From Blepharisma stoltei ATCC 30299 (lineage: Eukaryota; Protista; Ciliophora): a DNA stretch of 64,000 bases. The position numbers were made by a program, and so were the translations under genes. The DNA lies in contig CBFDEM010000041.1 of the NCBI GenBank assembly GCA_965603825.1, forward strand, positions 124,001 to 188,000. The letters run 5' to 3'. The notes under the pieces are model-generated. The model searched no databases. It was not told the origin of the DNA and saw only the letters and a program-made list of their open reading frames with translations. Numbering within the stretch: position 1 is the first letter of the stretch; every line of letters starts with the position of its first letter. Shown here piece after piece: positions 59,389 to 64,000 of this stretch.

Positions 59389-59856
59389 ATGAAAATTCTC
59401 TTATTCTTGACAATCGGGGTTTTAGCTTGTTTGAAGCCTTGTGAAGGTAAACGCTAAATAGTTTGTAAGCAGGCATTAGACTTTGAAAAATCTGAAGAAA
59501 ATGACATAAATTGTGTTGATTGTGGGGAAGTTTGTGAAGGAGTAAAAAGCGTAAAAGACTCTAACAGTAGGTTTTTGATTCTTTATCATAAATATAACCA
59601 ACCTTCTTGCCATGTTTGTATGCAGCTAGGATATTGTGAAGAAAGCGAATGTGTTGAGGACACATTGGATAATGAAAATGAGATAGTTATTTCTGTGAAT
59701 TCTGAAGAATTGGAGTATTTAAAAACTTTTCCAAATAATCTGCAAACACAGGAGAATATTAAAACTGAAGACATTCGGAAAGGTAAACAGTAAATAGAAC
59801 TTCAAAGAAATGAAGAACGACTGACATATTTATCGAAGCTTATATTAAATAAATAA
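59389..59856 (+). CDS. Secreted Cys-rich saposin-like protein, ~145 aa; two introns
   Basis: Signal peptide MKILLFLTIGVLA; CEVC..C..C..C; PSCHVCMQLGYC resembles the saposin-B C-terminal P..vC..lg.C. Confidence 0.65.
59447..59461 (+). other. 15-nt intron (phase 1)
   Basis: gtaaacgctaaatag. Confidence 0.85.
59783..59797 (+). other. 15-nt intron (phase 1)
   Basis: gtaaacagtaaatag. Confidence 0.75.
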
Positions 59857-60063
59857 TATTTTAATGCTAAAATCATAAATATTCCCTATATATATAATTA
59901 TAATTTAAATATAAAAATATTTGTGTTAATATTAAAGCTGAAAAATACTATTAGCAAACTAAAAGATAGAAAAATCTATTAGGATGCTACAAGCTTCTTC
60001 AAAATAAGCGTTTTCTATGATATCATTAAAATAGATCTTAAATGGCTAGAATTTTAAAGATTA

Positions 60064-62025
60064 ATGTGGCAAGGCACTCGAAGACTATTTTCAACCCCAA
60101 TCAGACCCCCAACAGGTGGTGGTGGCGGAAAGAAAGTTCTTGCAGCGCTCGTTATTGCTGGAATAACAGGAGCATATGGGTATTTCTTTGTTCAAGAAAA
60201 TAAACAGCTAAGCCAAGTTTTCAGAGACATGCCTCAAGTAAGATTCCAAGAAGACACGAAAGTCGAAGAAAAGCCAAAAACCCTCAAAACTCCTGAAGAA
60301 TTTGCGCTTAATCAAGTAAAAGGAGTAAACGACAGACAAAAGTTCATGAATTTTGTAAGTGAAAATCTTAATGGACCGAAAGCAACAAAAGAAACAACTG
60401 ATAGCAAAAAGTCTCTTCCTGAGACAATTAGTGCTGCTAAGCCTGAACCTTTAAAGAAAGAAGCTCCAGTAGAAAAGGTACAAGAAGAAAAGGTTGAAAA
60501 GAAAGAAGAAAAAGAGACTGTAAAGGAGACTCCTAAAGAAGAGCCTGAAGTTATTGTGCATATTGTAGAATTCAAGCAAGAAGCACCTCAGAAACTGCCT
60601 GAGCAAGCCAAAAAAGAAGAGCATCATAAAGTTGAGATTGTTGATGAGCCTAAAGAAGAACAGATAATAAAGCTTGAAAATCCAACTAAAGAAGAAGTCC
60701 AAGCTTCTCTTGCAACTGAACAACCCAAAGAGTCTCATGATCATGCTCAGCATCAAGAATCTCCTAAAGTCAGTCCTCATAGCGAGCCTCCAAAAGCTAA
60801 TGAACATGTCCACGAATCTTCGAAAGAAACAGAGCGCGTCCATGAGCCAGAAAAAGCTACAGAACACGTCCACGAGCCTGCAAAACCCACTGAGCACGTC
60901 CACGAGCCTCCAAAAACTTCTAAATCTACATCTACAGAGCCAGAACAGCACTTGCATGTAGAAATGCCCTCTCAACAAGAAAAATCCTTAATTAACCCAG
61001 AAGATCTCCAAAAACTAAATGCCCACAACATAAAAGATTACCTTCACAAGCTAAAAGAAGATCTAAAAAAAGAGCACGAAGAAAAAGAACTGCGAAACTT
61101 TGACATCTTCTTCGAAAAAATCCAAGAAATCAAGCGCAGCATCAAAGCGAAAGCCAACGAAACCATCAAAAAACACGAAGATGACGCAAAAGCTGTTATT
61201 GAGCTCAGAGACCGTGACTGGAAAGAAATCCTTGAAAGAGAAATTTATGACGCCGAGCAGCATTTCTTGGCCCAAGCTAAAATTGATGAAACTTATGTAG
61301 AACAAAGGACAACCTTAAATTTAGTGGAAAGACATGAACAAGAAATCCATCAAATTAATGAAGATCTTAAAGCTACCACAGAAGACCGTATCAGACAGCT
61401 TCACGAAATTTTGGCCAAAATTAATGATATGGAAGAAATCCAGAAGAAGTACTATAGCTCTATATTAAAACTTAGCCAAATCCAAGATCTGCATATTCAT
61501 ATAGAAAATCTCCAAAAAACTATGAACTGTGATAAGGGTTCTTTAACTGAAGATCTTGCTGCTATCAAAAAACTAGCAAAAGATGACCAAACAATTGCAT
61601 CAGCCCTTGCCTCAATTGACGATTTATACCCAGAAATGATTGATAACGGCATCCCTACAATGAGTCAGCTCCACAAAGCTTTCCAAGAGTCCGCAAATAA
61701 AGCTAGAAAAGCAGCACTTATGAAATCAAAATCTATATGGAGCTACGTCACTGCCAATATCGCCTATTATTTTGTGCCGCCAAATGTGAGGACAATTGAT
61801 GATAATGATACTTTTTCTCTATTAAGAGATGCTGAACTAGCCTTAGAAAGAGGCGATTTAAAAGAATTCATAAATAGCCTAGAATCATTAAAAGGATTCC
61901 CTAGAGAAGAAGTTAATGATATCCTGAAAGAAGTTTCCCTTAGACAGAAACTCTCAAACTTGTTAGACGTACTGTCACTGGAGTCAGTTTCTTTAGTCAA
62001 GCAATTGGTCTTAATTAAGTCTTAA
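60064..62025 (+). CDS. MIC60: MICOS subunit Mic60/mitofilin-like protein
   Basis: Presequence + single TM + long coiled coil + GIPTMSQL..F and AELALERGDL..LESLKGFPR mitofilin-like C-terminus. Confidence 0.75.
   Translation: MWQGTRRLFSTPIRPPTGGGGGKKVLAALVIAGITGAYGYFFVQENKQLSQVFRDMPQVRFQEDTKVEEKPKTLKTPEEFALNQVKGVNDRQKFMNFVSENLNGPKATKETTDSKKSLPETISAAKPEPLKKEAPVEKVQEEKVEKKEEKETVKETPKEEPEVIVHIVEFKQEAPQKLPEQAKKEEHHKVEIVDEPKEEQIIKLENPTKEEVQASLATEQPKESHDHAQHQESPKVSPHSEPPKANEHVHESSKETERVHEPEKATEHVHEPAKPTEHVHEPPKTSKSTSTEPEQHLHVEMPSQQEKSLINPEDLQKLNAHNIKDYLHKLKEDLKKEHEEKELRNFDIFFEKIQEIKRSIKAKANETIKKHEDDAKAVIELRDRDWKEILEREIYDAEQHFLAQAKIDETYVEQRTTLNLVERHEQEIHQINEDLKATTEDRIRQLHEILAKINDMEEIQKKYYSSILKLSQIQDLHIHIENLQKTMNCDKGSLTEDLAAIKKLAKDDQTIASALASIDDLYPEMIDNGIPTMSQLHKAFQESANKARKAALMKSKSIWSYVTANIAYYFVPPNVRTIDDNDTFSLLRDAELALERGDLKEFINSLESLKGFPREEVNDILKEVSLRQKLSNLLDVLSLESVSLVKQLVLIKS
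60781..60920 (+). repeat. About five degenerate 30-nt coding tandem repeats (His/Glu/Pro-rich)
   Basis: SEPPKANEHV HESSKETERV HEPEKATEHV HEPAKPTEHV HEPPKTS. Confidence 0.8.
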
Positions 62026-62047
62026 AGATCAAATTTATTTAATATAA

Positions 62048-63478
62048 ATGGAGCAAGAGATTGCGAAAAATCCTCTAAATCTTGCAAAATGGGCGTTGGC
62101 GAGCGTGGACCAGAAGATTAAGACTTCGCCTTTTCAAGTCAACACGAGGTTTGCATTAGATCCAAGAATTTCGCATGAAAGACAGCTGGAGCTGAGAAAG
62201 GCTTTTATTGAAATTGATGCTGATAAAAGTGGAGCGATCTCACTTGAAGAAATTTTGAATTTTTTGCGTGGTATTAATGATGAAGTAGACGAAAATTATG
62301 TGAAAGCTATATTTGAGTCAATGGATGTAAATAAGGATGGCGGGGTGAGTATTGATGAATTCATTAATGGATATCTTGAACAAGTTAATGGTCTTTCTGA
62401 GGCCATTGCAAGATATAATCAAACAGTTGCAGCCAAAAATAAAGAGCTTGCAACATTAAAAGAACAGTTAGAAGAAGCGAAAAAAGTAGAAAAGATGAAT
62501 ACCTATGGGATTATGGAAGGAAGCACACTTACAGTCAGAGTAATTGAGGCTCAGAACTTGAACATAGTCACAGGCAGACCTACAGCTTACGTAAATCTTA
62601 TATGTGAACGTCAGCAAATCGCTACAAAGCCTATACCCTCTGATAAAAACCCTAACTGGGATGAAACTTTCAGTTTCAAAATAACCATGGGAACAGGAGA
62701 GCTTCTAGTCCAAGTCTTTAACAAAGGAACGGTCTCAAAAGACGACCTCTTAGGAACCTGCTCCATCCCTTTACAAGATTTCAGAGACCAATCAAAGCAT
62801 GAAGGCTGGTATCAACTAACTGGGCGAGTTACCAATGCCAGAATTATGCTCGCAATCCAATGAATACATAGACAAACTGAATATCTCGAAGGTATTATTT
62901 CAGGAATGGAAAACGATGTCGTCCAGGACGTCGCTGAAAAAGACAGAATAGAGGCTGAGCTAAGAAAACTTGGAACAAATCCTCTAGGAATGTTTCACAA
63001 AGAAAGCTGGGTCGATAGGCTAGAAAGCAAAGTGGTGCATGAGGTGCATGAGTTTACAGACAAACATTTTAAGGTAAAAAATATATAGTCAGTGGGAAAT
63101 TGGAACACAATTTTAACTATAGGGATCTTTATGGTCGCGATATTGGGAATTGGGACGTCTTTTGATAAGCCTGATTTTGGAAACGTTACATGGGCTTGCT
63201 GGGGATTTATGGGGATGATAAAAGGATGGGACACAAAAAGGTATAGATTAGGGATGATTACGCTTGCTGCAATGATTTTATTTGATTTATTATGGATTGC
63301 GTGTGACTCGGAATTTCTTGTTTTTGAAGTGCATAGTGATCCTGCAATAAATGCGAAGCGGTTTTCTTTTGTGATGGGTTTCTTTGATTTTGTGCTGAAA
63401 GTTTTGCTGTTTCCTGTAATTGTGAGGTGCTATATGAAATCAAAGGAAGATGACTCTCAGGCGATATTTAATACCTAA
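62048..63478 (+). CDS. EF-hand pair + coiled coil + C2 domain + C-terminal multi-TM protein, ~471 aa; TGA=Trp at 62861; intron 63074-63088
   Basis: DADKSGAISLEE, DVNKDGGVSIDE, LTVRVIEAQNL, NPNWDETF, DDLLG; three ORFs in one frame. Confidence 0.83.
63074..63088 (+). other. 15-nt intron (phase 0)
   Basis: gtaaaaaatatatag. Confidence 0.85.
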
Positions 63479-63556
63479 AATTAGTAATTTAATTTAATCT
63501 AATCGAAAAGAATTAGCATGAGTTAGCATGAGTTAGATTAAATTGTGTTTTTGAAG

Positions 63557-64000
63557 CTATTTTTTGAAGAAAAGCTGCTTCAGCTTGAGGAAGGATAGCC
63601 ATTTTTCCTTTTTCTGGATTTTAGATATTTTTTCATTTAAATCTTCAAGTTTTTTCTGGGAAAAAATAGCTAGATCTGCATCTGAAAGCAGTCTTTTTTC
63701 AGCATAACTCATTTCTAATAGCCAGAAGTTGATATTTTTTTCAAAAATTCTTCCTCTTGCAAATAAAATTGCCTCCACTATATTATTATCTTTATCTCTG
63801 CCTATAATTTCAATTTTTGCCTTTCTTATCATCAGATTTTCAATTCTTTTTATTCCTTCAGAATTAATTGAACCAATCCCAGCCATTCTAAATTTAATGA
63901 AATCGTCAGCTTCTAAATTTTTATTTTTTTTGGAAAATCTATTTCATATTTTCAATGTAGGGGTATGATAAAAAAGAAATTCTTGAGCACTGCCTGAATC
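63557..64000 (-). CDS. 5'-truncated staphylococcal-nuclease-fold protein (LCL3/C3orf33-like); one TGA=Trp
   Basis: Frame is open to the window edge; FLFYHTP, FRMAGI, KNINFWLLEMSYA. Confidence 0.55.

Noticed and set aside
63513-63536. Short ttagcatgag tandem duplication between convergent genes
   Set aside because: About 2.5 copies of a 10-mer; consistent with replication slippage, with no evidence of function
570-63968. Many short ORFs antisense to or overlapping real genes (e.g. 679-942, 22829-23272, 23943-24374, 37364-37645, 60451-60978)
   Set aside because: No motifs; they are shadows of codon bias or low-complexity sequence on the opposite strand
1-64000. Prokaryotic (Mycoplasma-like) or mitochondrial origin suggested by TGA=Trp and gene density
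   Set aside because: The genes are eukaryotic nuclear (Rab, dynein LIC, proteasome lid, NF-YC, CK1) and carry GT-AG introns
1-64000. In-frame TGA as selenocysteine/cysteine or as pseudogene lesions
   Set aside because: TGA aligns with conserved Trp, not Cys, and occurs in many essential genes whose frames are otherwise intact
1-64000. tRNA, rRNA, CRISPR arrays, transposases, telomeric tracts, retained IESs
   Set aside because: None recognised by eye; short TA-bounded IESs cannot be identified without germline-versus-somatic read comparison

Overview
AT-rich, very gene-dense eukaryotic DNA. It is most likely macronuclear DNA of a heterotrich ciliate of the Blepharisma type (inference). Two properties that the standard-code ORF track cannot see explain nearly all of its broken ORFs. 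(1) In-frame TGA is read as Trp, and only TAA/TAG end genes. TGA sits on invariant Trp positions (Rab WDTAGQ, the PWWP motif itself, Thg1, NF-YC, FabF) and aligns to TGG in a neighbouring paralog. (2) Spliceosomal introns are exactly 15 nt (GTA-N6-A-N2-TAG); 18 were traced. Re-reading this way gives about 44 protein genes, several largely or wholly missed by the track (RING finger, saposin-like protein, PWWP domain, TRAP-gamma). The main oddities are: an unidentified, strongly base-paired ~280-nt GC-rich element with an snRNA-type upstream element (3420-3745); a set of intact genes that have lost their family's functional residues (two Amt channels without the twin His, a ketosynthase with the catalytic Cys loop deleted, a PAP2 pseudophosphatase, an NHE without its acidic motifs); divergent start codons only 6 nt apart (RPN9/THG1); a 71-aa minimal Ac45/Voa1-like protein; and a frameshifted biotin-carboxylase relic. 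No tRNA, rRNA, CRISPR array or transposase was recognised. All family assignments are by eye from remembered motifs, not from database searches.
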